A stretch of 63,300 nt of DNA, filler included, from Octopus bimaculoides (lineage: Eukaryota): the NCBI RefSeq assembly GCF_001194135.2. It is 7 parts of 6 records of this genome, joined end to end, with 100 filler letters (N's around TTAATTAATTAA, not from the genome) between each part and the next. Parts side by side here need not be neighbours in the genome. Positions count along the whole stretch, not along the records: positions 23,923 to 43,131 come from NC_068986.1; 6 more parts are not named here. The stretch is one strand, 5' to 3'. The position numbers were made by a program, and so were the translations under genes. The notes below the pieces were generated by a model, which was not told the DNA's origin, searched no databases, and saw only the letters and a program-made list of their open reading frames with translations. Shown here piece after piece: positions 26,530-39,929 of this stretch; position 1 is the first letter of the stretch, and every line of letters starts with the position of its first letter.

Positions 26530-27279
26530 TGCATGGGTATGTTGCCCGGAAGCTTGAGGAAGACAGTAAAATTAACACGAAGCGCAGCCTCTCTTGGACA
26601 TAAAACTACTACATCACATCACACTTTGAAGGCTATGCGTTTGCAATCCAGGAACAGAAGATTGCCACAAAAGTACCTGGTGAACAAGAGAGACAGTGAC
26701 GCTCTTGTAATACCAAGGTGCAACTGCATGTATAGCCTATGTCATGTTTCTGAGGAACACATCACGCATGTGATTAGCAGCTACCTCCCCATGCGGTAGG
26801 ATGTTGTTGCTAAAACAATTTACAATACCATCCCCAAAAAGGACTGTCCTGAAATAAACTCAGAAAATTTCTCTGTTATGGAATACATTCATAAACACCA
26901 ACTCATAGAATACAGGTGGAATATTCTCATCAAAACTTCTATCAGATGTAAATATAACAGGCCGGATATTGTTGTTTGGGACAGAGGGGAAAAGGTCATC
27001 ATAGAGGTCAGTTGCCCTGCAGATATAAATAAATCTTTGAAAATAGAGGATATCTATGGACATCTGCTTCAAAACCTACAGCTTCTATATCCAGACTATG
27101 AATTCATATTCATACTAATAATAACTGGAGCACTAAGTTTTGTGAGTAAATACTTAAAGGAGAATCTGGATAAACTGGAATTTTCAGAAAGAGAAATCGA
27201 CCGGCAAATTCGTACTTTATAGTATCTTTGTTGGAAACCGGCTCTCTTCTCAAAGGAAGATTTCTAATAATTAAAAAAT
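26530..27279 (+). mobile_element. 3' fragment of a non-LTR retrotransposon with restriction-like endonuclease (R2/R4/NeSL group)
   Basis: EGYAFAIQEQKIATKYL (frameshifted), a decayed CCHC region (CHVSEEHITHVISS..YLPMR*DVVAK), and the PD-(D/E)xK-type RLE motif YNRPDIVVWDRGEKVIIEVSCPADIN in ORF 26878-27222. Confidence 0.88.
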
Positions 27280-27983
27280 NNNNNNNNNNNNNNNNNNNNN
27301 NNNNNNNNNNNNNNNNNNNNNNNNNNNNNNNNNNNNNNNNNNNNNNNNNNNNNNNNNNNNNNNNNNNNNNNNNNNNNNNNNNNNNNNNNNNNNNNNNNNN
27401 NNNNNNNNNNNNNNNNNNNNNNNNNNNNNNNNNNNNNNNNNNNNNNNNNNNNNNNNNNNNNNNNNNNNNNNNNNNNNNNNNNNNNNNNNNNNNNNNNNNN
27501 NNNNNNNNNNNNNNNNNNNNNNNNNNNNNNNNNNNNNNNNNNNNNNNNNNNNNNNNNNNNNNNNNNNNNNNNNNNNNNNNNNNNNNNNNNNNNNNNNNNN
27601 NNNNNNNNNNNNNNNNNNNNNNNNNNNNNNNNNNNNNNNNNNNNNNNNNNNNNNNNNNNNNNNNNNNNNNNNNNNNNNNNNNNNNNNNNNNNNNNNNNNN
27701 NNNNNNNNNNNNNNNNNNNNNNNNNNNNNNNNNNNNNNNNNNNNNNNNNNNNNNNNNNNNNNNNNNNNNNNNNNNNNNNNNNNNNNNNNNNNNNNNNNNN
27801 NNNNNNNNNNNNNNNNNNNNNNNNNNNNNNNNNNNNNNNNNNNNNNNNNNNNNNNNNNNNNNNNNNNNNNNNNNNNNNNNNNNNNNNNNNNNNNNNNNNN
27901 NNNNNNNNNNNNNNNNNNNNNNNNNNNNNNNNNNNNNNNNNNNNNNNNNNNNNNNNNNNNNNNNNNNNNNNNNNNNNNNNNNT

Positions 27984-28106
27984 TCTTTTAGTTTCCGTCT
28001 ACCAAATCCATTCACAAGGCTTTGGTCAGACCGAGGCTATAGCAGAAGACATTTGCCCAAAGTTGTGATAAAGAAGCAAACTTCTTAGCACGCAGTAATG
28101 CCTTCG
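27984..28106 (-). mobile_element. SINE family C fragment
   Basis: Reverse complement of GGGCAAATGTCTTCTGCTATAGCCTCGGTCTGACCAAAGCCTTGTGAATGGATTTGGTAGACGGAAACT, matching the copy at 63148-63264. Confidence 0.8.
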
Positions 28107-28204
28107 CCTATGTATGTATGTATGTATGTATGTATGTATGTATGTATGTATGTATGTATGTATGTATGTATGTATACATGTAAGTATGTATATCCTGAGT
28201 ATTT

Positions 28205-28692
28205 AGGCGATGGTGCACAAACACCGGTTACGTTGGACTGGACATTTTGTTTGTATGTATGATAGCAGAATCCCTAAACAGATGCTATATGGGGAACTTG
28301 TTAGTGGAAAGCGACCCCGACAGAAGCCAAGACTGCGATTTAAGGATTGTGCAAAGTCCTCATTAAAGGCCTGTGAAATGCGGGAGGCTGACTGAGAGAG
28401 CAATGCTTGTCATCGCCACGAATGGAGGAAACAAGTAAAGGAGGGAGTCGATATCTTTGAAAGAGCACGTATTCTTCATGAAGAATTTAAGCGTGCTGCT
28501 CGAAAACGCATTGCTAGTGTAATGAATGAGGAAAACTTGGTTTGCAGTGTTTGCAGTCGTCTATGTTTGTCAAGATCAGGGCTCTTTAGTCACCACCAGA
28601 GCCGCAAGTGTAATTTATAAGGTAGTCTTGAACGCACAATGCTGCTAAAGGTCACTAATGATCTTCCTCGGTCACGCGTGGACGGTCATCAT
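28205..28692 (+). mobile_element. 5'-truncated RTE-clade LINE 3' end
   Basis: RLRWTGHFVCMYDSRIPKQMLYGEL..GKRPRQKPRLRFKD continues in frame past one TGA to a terminal Cys/His motif CSVCSRLCLSRSGLFSH, followed by a short 3' UTR. Confidence 0.88.
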
Positions 28693-29108
28693 GTATGTAA
28701 TTATTCAGTTTTATTTCAAGATTTCTTGTCAATAGAGAAAGAACCGGTTTCTAATTCAGATCCAAGGCTCCTTTATTGGAATTTCAACATCAACAAAAGG
28801 GTATTTTTGTATGTATGTATGTATGTATGTATGTTTGTACACACACACATACACACATATATATANNNNNNNNNNNNNNNNNNNNNNNNNNNNNNNNNNN
28901 NNNNNNNNNNNNNNNNNNNNNNNNNNNNNNNNNNNNNNNNNNNNNNNNNNNNNNNNNNNNNNNNNNNNNNNNNNNNNNNNNNNNNNNNNNNNNNNNNNNN
29001 NNNNNNNNNNNNNNNNNNNNNNNNNNNNNNNNNNNNNNNNNNNNNNNNNNNNNNNNNNNNNNNNNNNNNNNNNNNNNNNNNNNNNNNNNNNNNNNNNNNN
29101 NNNNNNNN

Positions 29109-29183
<75 letters not shown>

Positions 29184-29932
29184 ATATATATATATATATA
29201 TCAACAAAATATTCAAACACTAAGATTTGAAATAATATGTCACTACAGTTAATATCATCTGTGGATAAAATTTAAAACTGATGGTATCGACAGTAGTAAC
29301 AGAGGTGGTCGCAGGTAAATAACATTATTTAGCCATAAATTACAAATTTGCACGAAGCGTACGGATGCATAAAAGCATACACCTCCTAGAAATAAGAGCT
29401 AACGTCTTAATTAAACCACCGGGATCTAGCTTCTTTCATTCGCAAAATATATTTTTTGTAAGAAGACAGTAAAAATTTTGAAAATTGGTTATAATAATGT
29501 AGCATTTCAGTTTCATTGTTTTGAAGGTATGATGTTGTGGAGAAAAAAATTGGGGAAAAAAGTTAGAGGTTTAAAAATCGAAAAAAAAAACTGGGTGTTT
29601 TTAGCCAATAGCAAGACAGAAATCTTCTGCATTTAGCGGATCGGTGTCAACTTTAAGGTTGTACCTTGTGAAATGTAGCATCTGACCTGTTGTAAATAAA
29701 CAGAAATACCTAGTTTCAATGTAGGTTTGTAATTAAACAGAAATACCTAATAAAATCAGCAAGTATCATCTGGATCTAGTCTTTCTCATTCATTGATTGC
29801 ATTTTTTTATTTTTTAAAATTTGTTATGTGTTTACTTTATGCATATTTCAGTATTATGTATAAATGCTATGTATTTATGTACATCATTAATATATAAGTC
29901 CGCGCACGCGAATATTTGCGTTGTGTGTGTGA

Positions 29933-29978
<46 letters not shown>

Positions 29979-30525
29979 GTGTGTGTGAAAAGGGGGCGCC
30001 TGTCTCCAAAACTCCAAAGTTGAGTAACGTTTTCATGCTTGGATTTGAAGACTACGATAAGAATAAATTCAGAAAAAGCACAGAAAATACGTAATATACT
30101 AACACAGAAAAATTAAAACAAAACACGCGGGTGAAAAGAATCTCGTGGTGTGAAGAATCAATTGTAAAAAAATCAACATCGAACAACGTGTGTCACAGAC
30201 AACAGTGAAGTGAACCACAAAGTCGCAGACAACAGTGAGACAACAGAACCACAACACAGCGTTCTGTTGTCATGGTAACAAGCTGCTAATTTACGACATA
30301 AAGCAATTGGTTGATCATAATCAAAATTTAGAGTGATATCGATACAACAAAAATGAAAGCAATCTGAGCAAAAATATGTGGGGGCTGATTTTGCGAATGA
30401 GAAAGACTAGATCCAACCACTGAACAGCACCAAGATAACAGAGAAATAACAGAGATAACAGAGGAAGCGGAAAGAATTTATACATTCAAAAGCACAACTA
30501 TAAAAGATTATGCAGTTTAGGGCAA

Positions 30526-30582
30526 CCACATACCCGGGTTTCGGCTTTTGAAAAATTTAATCCTTGAGCCTCTTCAGAGTGA
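30526..30582 (-). ncRNA. Type I hammerhead ribozyme motif with palindromic helix III (helix I weakened)
   Basis: Minus strand TCACT-CTGAAGA-GGCT...AGCC-GAAA-CCCGGGT-A-TGTGG. Core intact, 4-bp helix II, helix III ACCCGGGT, GTA triplet. Helix I has a T.T mismatch next to the core. Confidence 0.65.
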
Positions 30583-31375
30583 ACTACCGAGTAAAAATTC
30601 GAGGCCGTCGCGTTAAACTCCGCTAGTGTTTTGCGCATTATTAGCTATAAATTATTTAGCATCATTTAGTTATAAATTACAAATTTGCACGAAGTGTAAG
30701 GCNNNNNNNNNNNNNNNNNNNNNNNNNNNNNNNNNNNNNNNNNNNNNNNNNNNNNNNNNNNNNNNNNNNNNNNNNNNNNNNNNNNNNNNNNNNNNNNNNN
30801 NNNNNNNNNNNNNNNNNNNNNNNNNNNNNNNNNNNNNNNNNNNNNNNNNNNNNNNNNNNNNNNNNNNNNNNNNNNNNNNNNNNNNNNNNNNNNNNNNNNN
30901 NNNNNNNNNNNNNNNNNNNNNNNNNNNNNNNNNNNNNNNNNNNNNNNNNNNNNNNNNNNNNNNNNNNNNNNNNNNNNNNNNNNNNNNNNNNNNNNNNNNN
31001 NNNNNNNNNNNNNNNNNNNNNNNNNNNNNNNNNNNNNNNNNNNNNNNNNNNNNNNNNNNNNNNNNNNNNNNNNNNNNNNNNNNNNNNNNNNNNNNNNNNN
31101 NNNNNNNNNNNNNNNNNNNNNNNNNNNNNNNNNNNNNNNNNNNNNNNNNNNNNNNNNNNNNNNNNNNNNNNNNNNNNNNNNNNNNNNNNNNNNNNNNNNN
31201 NNNNNNNNNNNNNNNNNNNNNNNNNNNNNNNNNNNNNNNNNCGAGAAGTTCTCAATACTTATTGCTGAACATAATTATTTATTATTCGGGCTTTGTAATT
31301 CCTTGGTTCAACTTGGACTTCCACGTTATAGTCATTTCATGTATCTCGTGAAATTCCGAATAACAATGCATGACA

Positions 31376-31760
31376 TACAAGCGCGAGCAATAAGGCGTCC
31401 AAAAAGATATCTTTACACACTTTAAACGCGTATGAAATTACACTTAATTTTCAAAATTTAAATGAATATACTGAAATGTTAATTTTGCTAATGAAAAACT
31501 ATTTTCAAACCGATGACGGTTCTGTTCCAGGCACTGTTGATAACACAAAGCATTGTAATTGCAAACATCAAGAAAAATTCCTTTTGGTATTCGTGCGCAT
31601 CCTCGTTCAATGGCACCTCTCAATTCGTCGAGTGTTACCGGTTTTGTATCGTAAACGTTATTTCTTAAATAGATCAATAAAAAAAGTCTATGGTGTGAAG
31701 TCCGGTGAACGCAGGAGGTATACTAATGAAGGTCTTCGTCCGATGCACCCGTTTAGCAAA
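31376..31760 (-). mobile_element. Tc1/mariner superfamily transposase C-terminal remnant
   Basis: IGRRPSLVYLLRSPDFTP*..IYLRNNVYDTKPVTLDELRGAIERGCARIP...QQCLEQNRHRFE resembles WPPRSPDLTPLDFFLWGYLKxxVYxxKPxTLxEL. Confidence 0.8.
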
Positions 31761-31903
31761 ATATTTCCTAGTTAAGTCCTAATGTTACTATGGTAGTGCG
31801 AGTTGCACTACTTTGCTTAGAAAACAAAACAAAACAAAAACACATCTTCAAACTCCACTTGATTACTTTGCAAGACGCATTGTCAGAACAAGCTGAAGTA
31901 ACG

Positions 31904-32140
31904 TTATTTACATTATTTACAATTGACGGATATTTGTCCTCATCCTGTTTGTTGTTAACACAACGTTTCGGCTGATATACCCTCCAGCCTTCATCAGGTG
32001 ACTTGGGGAAATTTCGAACCTGGGTTCTCATTCCTAAGGTATTTTTCGATGTTGTTGTTATTATTATTATTCAGGCCACTGCCTGGAATCGAACTCGGAA
32101 TCTTGGGGTTAGTAGCCCGCGCTCTTAACCACTACGCCAT
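31904..32140 (-). mobile_element. tRNA-headed SINE-like element whose 3' half contains a hammerhead motif
   Basis: A box TGGCGTAGTGG (32139-32129), anticodon-like loop CTACTAA, B box GTTCGATTCC (32094-32085), (AAT)n(AAC)n spacer, hammerhead motif, then a tandem TGTAAATAA x2 tail. Confidence 0.7.
31957..32002 (-). ncRNA. Minimal type I hammerhead ribozyme motif
   Basis: GTCAC-CTGATGA-A-GGCTG-GAGGGTATAT-CAGCC-GAAA-CGT-T-GTGTT. Perfect 5-bp helix II, ACGT palindromic helix III, GTT triplet; helix I is 3 bp plus T.T and G.T. Confidence 0.7.
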
Positions 32141-35100
32141 ATAAAGTAAATTGGATCTGTTACAGTATAAAAAATAAAGAATGGTCTAATTAACCCTTTT
32201 GATGATAAACTGCATGATACTGGTAAATTAACATGATGTTCTCCCGTAATATACAGTATACCAGCAAATAGTTCTTACACTATTTGTATATAGCCATAGA
32301 CTGGCGATTGAGTTCGTCCCCGTTTCGATTCAGGTATATGACGGTACGGTAATAAGCCACAGTAGTGGCGAAACATCGGTAGCCATCACTCCTGGATGGG
32401 ACTAGGGGCAAGTTGTCTTGCCTGCCTGTAACTTTTAGGTGTTTTAACACCCAGTGCTGTGAGGGGGTCATCCTCAGAGCGGTGTAAGGCAGGGAACAGG
32501 TGAACAAGTAAAATTCATAAAATGAGTATGTGCGGTCGATTATGTTTACCGCACTACAACAGCTTTAATTCATAATTGAATACACACACATACAAACACT
32601 CATACATGCATATATATTTATGCGTGTGTATATATATGTAGATACATTATAATGCGCCTATATATAATTAAATATCAATAACTGATATCTATTGATCGAG
32701 ACATTCATTAATGCTTCGAACATCTCACTGGAAGAAAGGAAGGAAATGTTAATATGCACATGTCTATTACTGATAAAAGTTTGAGCCACGATCCTATTCC
32801 ATGGTGCGCGATAATGTTGCCTTTATATCTGGGTATTCGTAAGGTATGTAATCGAATAGCTCTATGTTCTCTCTGCACAGACTATTGAAACATTATCAAT
32901 GATTCTATAATCACAGCAGGATTCGGAAGTTCATCTTTGTAGACGAATATATTTTTGTTTTTTTTCTTTCGTATTGACAACCAGCTTTGAGAATGATATC
33001 GTGGACGTTTCTTGTAATTAAAATATAATTTTCTTTTATAGAGCGTATGCAGAAGAAGGGTTGTTTATAGAAAACTCTTGAGGGTAATTTTAAACGTTGA
33101 TTTATGTCAACCTTGCGATTCGGCTAACAGCCTAACCCCTAACTTCCCTGTCTGATAACTTTCTAACACCCACACGCCCCGCATACAACAGAGACGTATA
33201 AAGCAGCGTTGGATGAAATATAAGTGTGTAAAATCATATTTAATATGCTCATGTATACTCGGACGTAAGAACTTTCACTGCGGAATTAACTCTTCGGAAA
33301 AGTCTTTCTTCATAAACAATATGTAAAATCACAACAATGGGCAATTAATGACGTTATTGAGCCGTAGGACGCACGCCTTTCTTCATAAGCTACGAATACC
33401 AAATTAATCAGATATGTATAAGAACGGTCGTTTTTATGAATAAAAACACATTATTCAAAGTCAAATGATGTGTTTCCACACATATTCACATGCATATTGT
33501 CTGAGGAGAATTTTCTTCCGAAACTATTTCCGCAGAGGAACGTCTTTCCACGTCCGAGTGCACACAAACGCGTTAAATGACGATAAATCTCCCCCATCTC
33601 TCTCTCTCACTTACTGTCTGTATATATACATACATATATATATATACAATTATACATATATACTTATATATATTTATGTATGTGCGTGTGTGTGTATATG
33701 TGTGTGTGTGTTTGCGTATGTATAGGTGTGTACACCTGCGTATGTATATGTATGAATGTATATGCGTGCATGTATCTATGCATGCGTATGTGCGTGTTTG
33801 CGTGTACATCTTCAGTCTACCCTTGTATCTGTCGGCCGAACCGATATGAATTTAACCCTAATATTTCGATAACACTGATAAAGTGTTAAAATATATCCCT
33901 GGGTGGAGTGTGATGCCTTGAAGAAATCGATTAACTCTCACACTAGCATGGCCATTAAATACGTTTGAAATGAAGACCAACTCCAGTAGTTTAATGATGC
34001 GAAGAGAATTCCAAAATATGCTTACTCTGAACATGAAACAAGCTTCTTTGTCGTTTCTATTTCACTGAATTAAGTTTCAATTTAGTCGTACTTCATCAAG
34101 TATATCATTTATGCCTCTATGCCACCGTTCTTTGTTGAATAGAGACATTTTATTTCCTGTTATTACACAGACGCCATACTATATGACAGACGCAGTTATT
34201 TCACTTGCTTGAAATTTCTCGCCATCACTCAGTCACTCTTAGTACTCAAGGCATAACCACTTATAAAAGAAAGACGAAAAAACATCGCAACTTCAGCTTT
34301 GCTTTGCTTCACGGTGTAATAGAATGAAGTTTACTCAATATTTGAAGATATATTCATACTTAAATATACAAACATTCACAGATGCGTACATATATTCATG
34401 CATACATACATACATACATACATACATACATACGCACAAACGTACGTACATACACAGAAACATAGACACACATGCATATACTTGCAAGCACNNNNNNNNN
34501 NNNNNNNNNNNNNNNNNNNNNNNNNNNNNNNNNNNNNNNNNNNNNNNNNNNNNNNNNNNNNNNNNNNNNNNNNNNNNNNNNNNNNNNNNNNNNNNNNNNN
34601 NNNNNNNNNNNNNNNNNNNNNNNNNNNNNNNNNNNNNNNNNNNNNNNNNNNNNNNNNNNNNNNNNNNNNNNNNNNNNNNNNNNNNNNNNNNNNNNNNNNN
34701 NNNNNNNNNNNNNNNNNNNNNNNNNNNNNNNNNNNNNNNNNNNNNNNNNNNNNNNNNNNNNNNNNNNNNNNNNNNNNNNNNNNNNNNNNNNNNNNNNNNN
34801 NNNNNNNNNNNNNNNNNNNNNNNNNNNNNNNNNNNNNNNNNNNNNNNNNNNNNNNNNNNNNNNNNNNNNNNNNNNNNNNNNNNNNNNNNNNNNNNNNNNN
34901 NNNNNNNNNNNNNNNNNNNNNNNNNNNNNNNNNNNNNNNNNNNNNNNNNNNNNNNNNNNNNNNNNNNNNNNNNNNNNNNNNNNNNNNNNNNNNNNNNNNN
35001 NNNNNNNNNNNNNNNNNGAGAAATGAAGTGCTTCTTCAAGAACACAATGCATCACCGGTCTAGAAATCGGAGCCAAGCGCCTTCGCGGGCGCACGCGTAC

Positions 35101-35553
35101 ACACACACATGCACACACAGAGACACGCATACACACACACATATGCATACATACATACATGTCTACGTTCATATATATAGCTATTCATGTATGTGTGTCT
35201 ACGCATATGTGGGTATATACATCTTAGGAAAATTAATTATATAAAATATTCATAGTTATGCATATATACTTACACAGACACGAGCTAGCACACAAACATA
35301 TGCAGAGTTATTTGTTATTTCTTATAAAACAAATTCTATTTGTGCATATGATTATCTCCTCTTCTCTCCCTCAATCACTTTACTGACCAACAAACCTATA
35401 NNNNNNNNNNTACTTAAATATACAAACATTCACAGATGCGTACATATATTCATGCATACATACATACATACATACATACATACATACGCACAAACGTACG
35501 TACATACACAGAAACATAGACACACATGCATATACTTGCAAGCACACACGGAA

Positions 35554-35593
<40 letters not shown>

Positions 35594-36781
35594 GGACATA
35601 TATTTTTGTGTTACAAATGTGACTCTTAAGAAGCGAAAGTTTCCTATTGGCCCTTGAGTCACTTTTGTAATGTTTCTGCCCATTCATATATATATATATA
35701 TATATATATANNNNNNNNNNNNNNNNNNNNNNNNNNNNNNNNNNNNNNNNNNNNNNNNNNNNNNNNNNNNNNNNNNNNNNNNNNNNNNNNNNNNNNNNNN
35801 NNNNNNNNNNNNNNNNNNNNNNNNNNNNNNNNNNNNNNNNNNNNNNNNNNNNNNNNNNNNNNNNNNNNNNNNNNNNNNNNNNNNNNNNNNNNNNNNNNNN
35901 NNNNNNNNNNNNNNNNNNNNNNNNNNNNNNNNNNNNNNNNNNNNNNNNNNNNNNNNNNNNNNNNNNNNNNNNNNNNNNNNNNNNNNNNNNNNNNNNNNNN
36001 NNNNNNNNNNNNNNNNNNNNNNNNNNNNNNNNNNNNNNNNNNNNNNNNNNNNNNNNNNNNNNNNNNNNNNNNNNNNNNNNNNNNNNNNNNNNNNNNNNNN
36101 NNNNNNNNNNNNNNNNNNNNNNNNNNNNNNNNNNNNNNNNNNNNNNNNNNNNNNNNNNNNNNNNNNNNNNNNNNNNNNNNNNNNNNNNNNNNNNNNNNNN
36201 NNNNNNNNNNNNNNNNNNNNNNNNNNNNNNNNNNNNNNNNNNNNNNNNNNNNNNNNNNNNNNNNNNNNNNNNNNNNNNNNNNNNNNNNNNNNNNNNNNNN
36301 NNNNNNNNNNNNNNNNNNNNNNNNNNNNNNNNNNNNNNNNNNNNNNNNNNNNNNNNNNNNNNNNNNNNNNNNNNNNNNNNNNNNNNNNNNNNNNNNNNNN
36401 NNNNNNNNNNNNNNNNNNNNNNNNNNNNNNNNNNNNNNNNNNNNNNNNNNNNNNNNNNNNNNNNNNNNNNNNNNNNNNNNNNNNNNNNNNNNNNNNNNNN
36501 NNNNNNNNNNNNNNNNNNNNNNNNNNNNNNNNNNNNNNNNNNNNNNNNNNNNNNNNNNNNNNNNNNNNNNNNNNNNNNNNNNNNNNNNNNNNNNNNNNNN
36601 NNNNNNNNNNNNNNNNNNNNNNNNNNNNNNNNNNNNNNNNNNNNNNNNNNNNNNNNNNNNNNNNNNNNNNNNNNNNACATATATGTATGTCTATTCCGCT
36701 ATCAGTCTGTCTTATCTATATCTGTTTATTTACCCTTTTTATTTGGCCTTTCTAACCTTTTTTCTGTATACCTCTTTATAG

Positions 36782-36826
<45 letters not shown>

Positions 36827-37247
36827 CAACTCTCCGCTACCACGCATAATTACGCACACATACACATATATCTATGAGCGTGTATACGTAAGGTGTGAAT
36901 AAAAATGAAATATATACACACGGTAGACGATCAGGTAAATAATACATCGAGGAGACACACAGAAATTGGACGACTAGACATACACAGATATAAATAGAGA
37001 TAAACTTAAACATACAAGTATATTATTTAATAGATACGGAAACATATCGATATAAGAACACTATTGTCCAAAACTAAATAAAGGTCAATAAGGAAATATG
37101 AAAAATTTTTAATAAAAATGATTAAACTGGTGCACTACCGTGTCTTTGATATAACCTGTTTGAAAGTAAACTGTTCCTTTCCTATTATACACACACAAAC
37201 GCAGACACACACGCATATATATATTTATATATAAAATGTATGTGTGC

Positions 37248-37297
<50 letters not shown>

Positions 37298-37794
37298 NNN
37301 NNNNNNNNNNNNNNNNNNNNNNNNNNNNNNNNNNNNNNNNNNNNNNNNNNNNNNNNNNNNNNNNNNNNNNNNNNNNNNNNNNNNNNNNNNNNNNNNNNNN
37401 NNNNNNNNNNNNNNNNNNNNNNNNNNNNNNNNNNNNNNNNNNNNNNNNNNNNNNNNNNNNNNNNNNNNNNNNNNNNNNNNNNNNNNNNNNNNNNNNNNNN
37501 NNNNNNNNNNNNNNNNNNNNNNNNNNNNNNNNNNNNNNNNNNNNNNNNNNNNNNNNNNNNNNNNNNNNNNNNNNNNNNNNNNNNNNNNNNNNNNNNNNNN
37601 NNNNNNNNNNNNNNNNNNNNNNNNNNNNNNNNNNNNNNNNNNNNNNNNNNNNNNNNNNNNNNNNNNNNNNNNNNNNNNNNNNNNNNNNNNNNNNNNNNNN
37701 NNNNNNNNNNNNNNNNNNNNNNNNNNNNNNNNNNNNNNNNNNNNNNNNNNNNNNNNNNNNNNNNNNNNNNNNNNNNNNNNNNNNNNNNNNNNNN

Positions 37795-37828
<34 letters not shown>

Positions 37829-38084
37829 ATATACGTACGTGTATACGTATACTCACGCGTATTTTAATTATCTTAGAGATATGTTTTTCTTTTGGCTTAT
37901 TCTAGACTTTATTGTTAATTTAATACTTTCTCCTTTGTTCCGTTAGTCTTTCATCGAGGATATGATTCCACATATATATTTCCGGTTTACAATAGCTCAG
38001 GTACATTATTTAGTATTCAACCTTAAACATCTCTCAAAGCATCGATGTATCGATCTATTTGGCGTGTGTATTTATATAAAGTTA

Positions 38085-38119
<35 letters not shown>

Positions 38120-39484
38120 ACATACATACATACATACATACATACATACATACATACATACATACATACATACATACATGCATTCATACATACATACACA
38201 CATACAAGCATACATACATGTATACATACTTACATACATATATATGTATATATACATATATATATATATACATATATATGTAAGAGAGAGGGAGAGAGAG
38301 AGAGAGACAAAGTATGAGTGAGCATCAGGTTGAAATGTGGAGAAAGAGACTGGCAGTTAGGGAGCCAGTGAAAGAGTATGCAGAAACAGAGAGGGAGATA
38401 AAATAGACACTGATATTTATCTCTGTTCTAGTCTTCTAAGATATTTTTCAATAAGTATCTTTCCCTCTACTTCCTGTTCTTCCACATACATACATACATA
38501 CATACATACATACATACATACATACATACATACAAACATCCATACATACATACATACATACATACATACAAACATACATACATACATACATACATACATG
38601 CATACTTACATCTATAGATGTATAAATGCCCATAGATGCATGTATATATAAGCATACAAACACACTCACATATGTATACATATATTCTTATCCATCTATG
38701 TCTATAATATATGTATATATATATGTGTGTGTGTATGTGTGTGTTTGCATACATGCATACATACATTAATACCTACGTTGTTAGTGATGTGGTTAATAAG
38801 TTTAAGACAGTGGATTAATGGAATAACTGGGTGGGATGGAATCGAACACAATGCCTTGCGTTATTTGTTTTTGAGTGCAAATCTCGCTGAAGCAAACCTT
38901 GATTTCCATTCTTCTGAAGCGGAGAAAAAAAAAATCAAGGTGACAGACTAAAAATGTTGCCTTGTGGTATTGGTAGCAGCATTTTATGTCCTGAGCCTGC
39001 TTACGGCGATAAAAGCAAGCTATATCGATATTTACCTTTGTGTTGGATAAAATCACCTGCATGGAGAGGAGAGATTACTGTATAAGCAATTGCTGGTCTT
39101 CTGGGTTAAAAAAAGAGGAAAAATGCCGACGCTATCGCCCTGGAGCCGAACTTCCCCAGCGCTGATACATGATAAATCTGATGATAGAGGTATTATATAT
39201 AATCAATTTCTCTCCCAGACCTTGTGCGGCACTTAGTGCAAATGTCTTACTTCATATATCTTAAGGGTGCAATTTGGTAGACAAAAGACATATCAGCTCT
39301 CAACAACTGCTGATACTCAACAAGGATCTCCTGAAACCCACAATGGAGTACGACGATTACATCTAGAACAGTGGTGGTGTGACTCACAAAAACATTCTTG
39401 ACCGCGAGACTGATTAGTATTCAATCACTAACAGACACGCTCCAGCCTCTGGTACACAACCGTGCTCCTCCCCTTTTTGCTTTT

Positions 39485-39878
39485 CTATTGTTACTATTAA
39501 AGAAAAAAGAAAAGAAAAGGAAATGTAAGATCATACACTTTTCAGTACCATATAGTGATAGAGTGAGTGCCAAAGAAATTGAGAAAAATGAGAAATATCA
39601 GGACCAAATATCAAACCCTAATATCAGTGACATAAAGTGATTGCAGAAGTGTAAGACAACAATTGTTCCTGTAGTAACTGGTGCATTTGGCACAATACCC
39701 AAAGTAATACCAAGAAACTTGAAGGTCAATGGAATTGAGACCTGCATTGTCAACCTGCAGAAAAGTGATATTCTGTATTCTGCAAGAATCCAGAGTAAGA
39801 TTCTAGAGATTTAAGGAAATTTGTTACCAACCCTCAAGAGAGAGTCCTTGCTAACTAAAGTAGCGTGCAACAGATTTA

Positions 39879-39929
<51 letters not shown>

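Noticed and set aside
28740-28795. Minus-strand GAAA-CCGGT-T with upstream TTGATGT
   Set aside because: A palindrome is present, but the core has two changes and helix I does not pair; too weak to call.
33499-33530. CTGAGGA-GAATTTTCTTCC-GAAACTATT
   Set aside because: Core spacing fits, but helix III is not palindromic and there is no helix I.
34357-35544. Near-exact 135-bp direct duplication (34357-34491 and 35411-35544)
   Set aside because: One copy ends at a gap and the other starts at a gap; most likely redundant contig ends or haplotype duplication.
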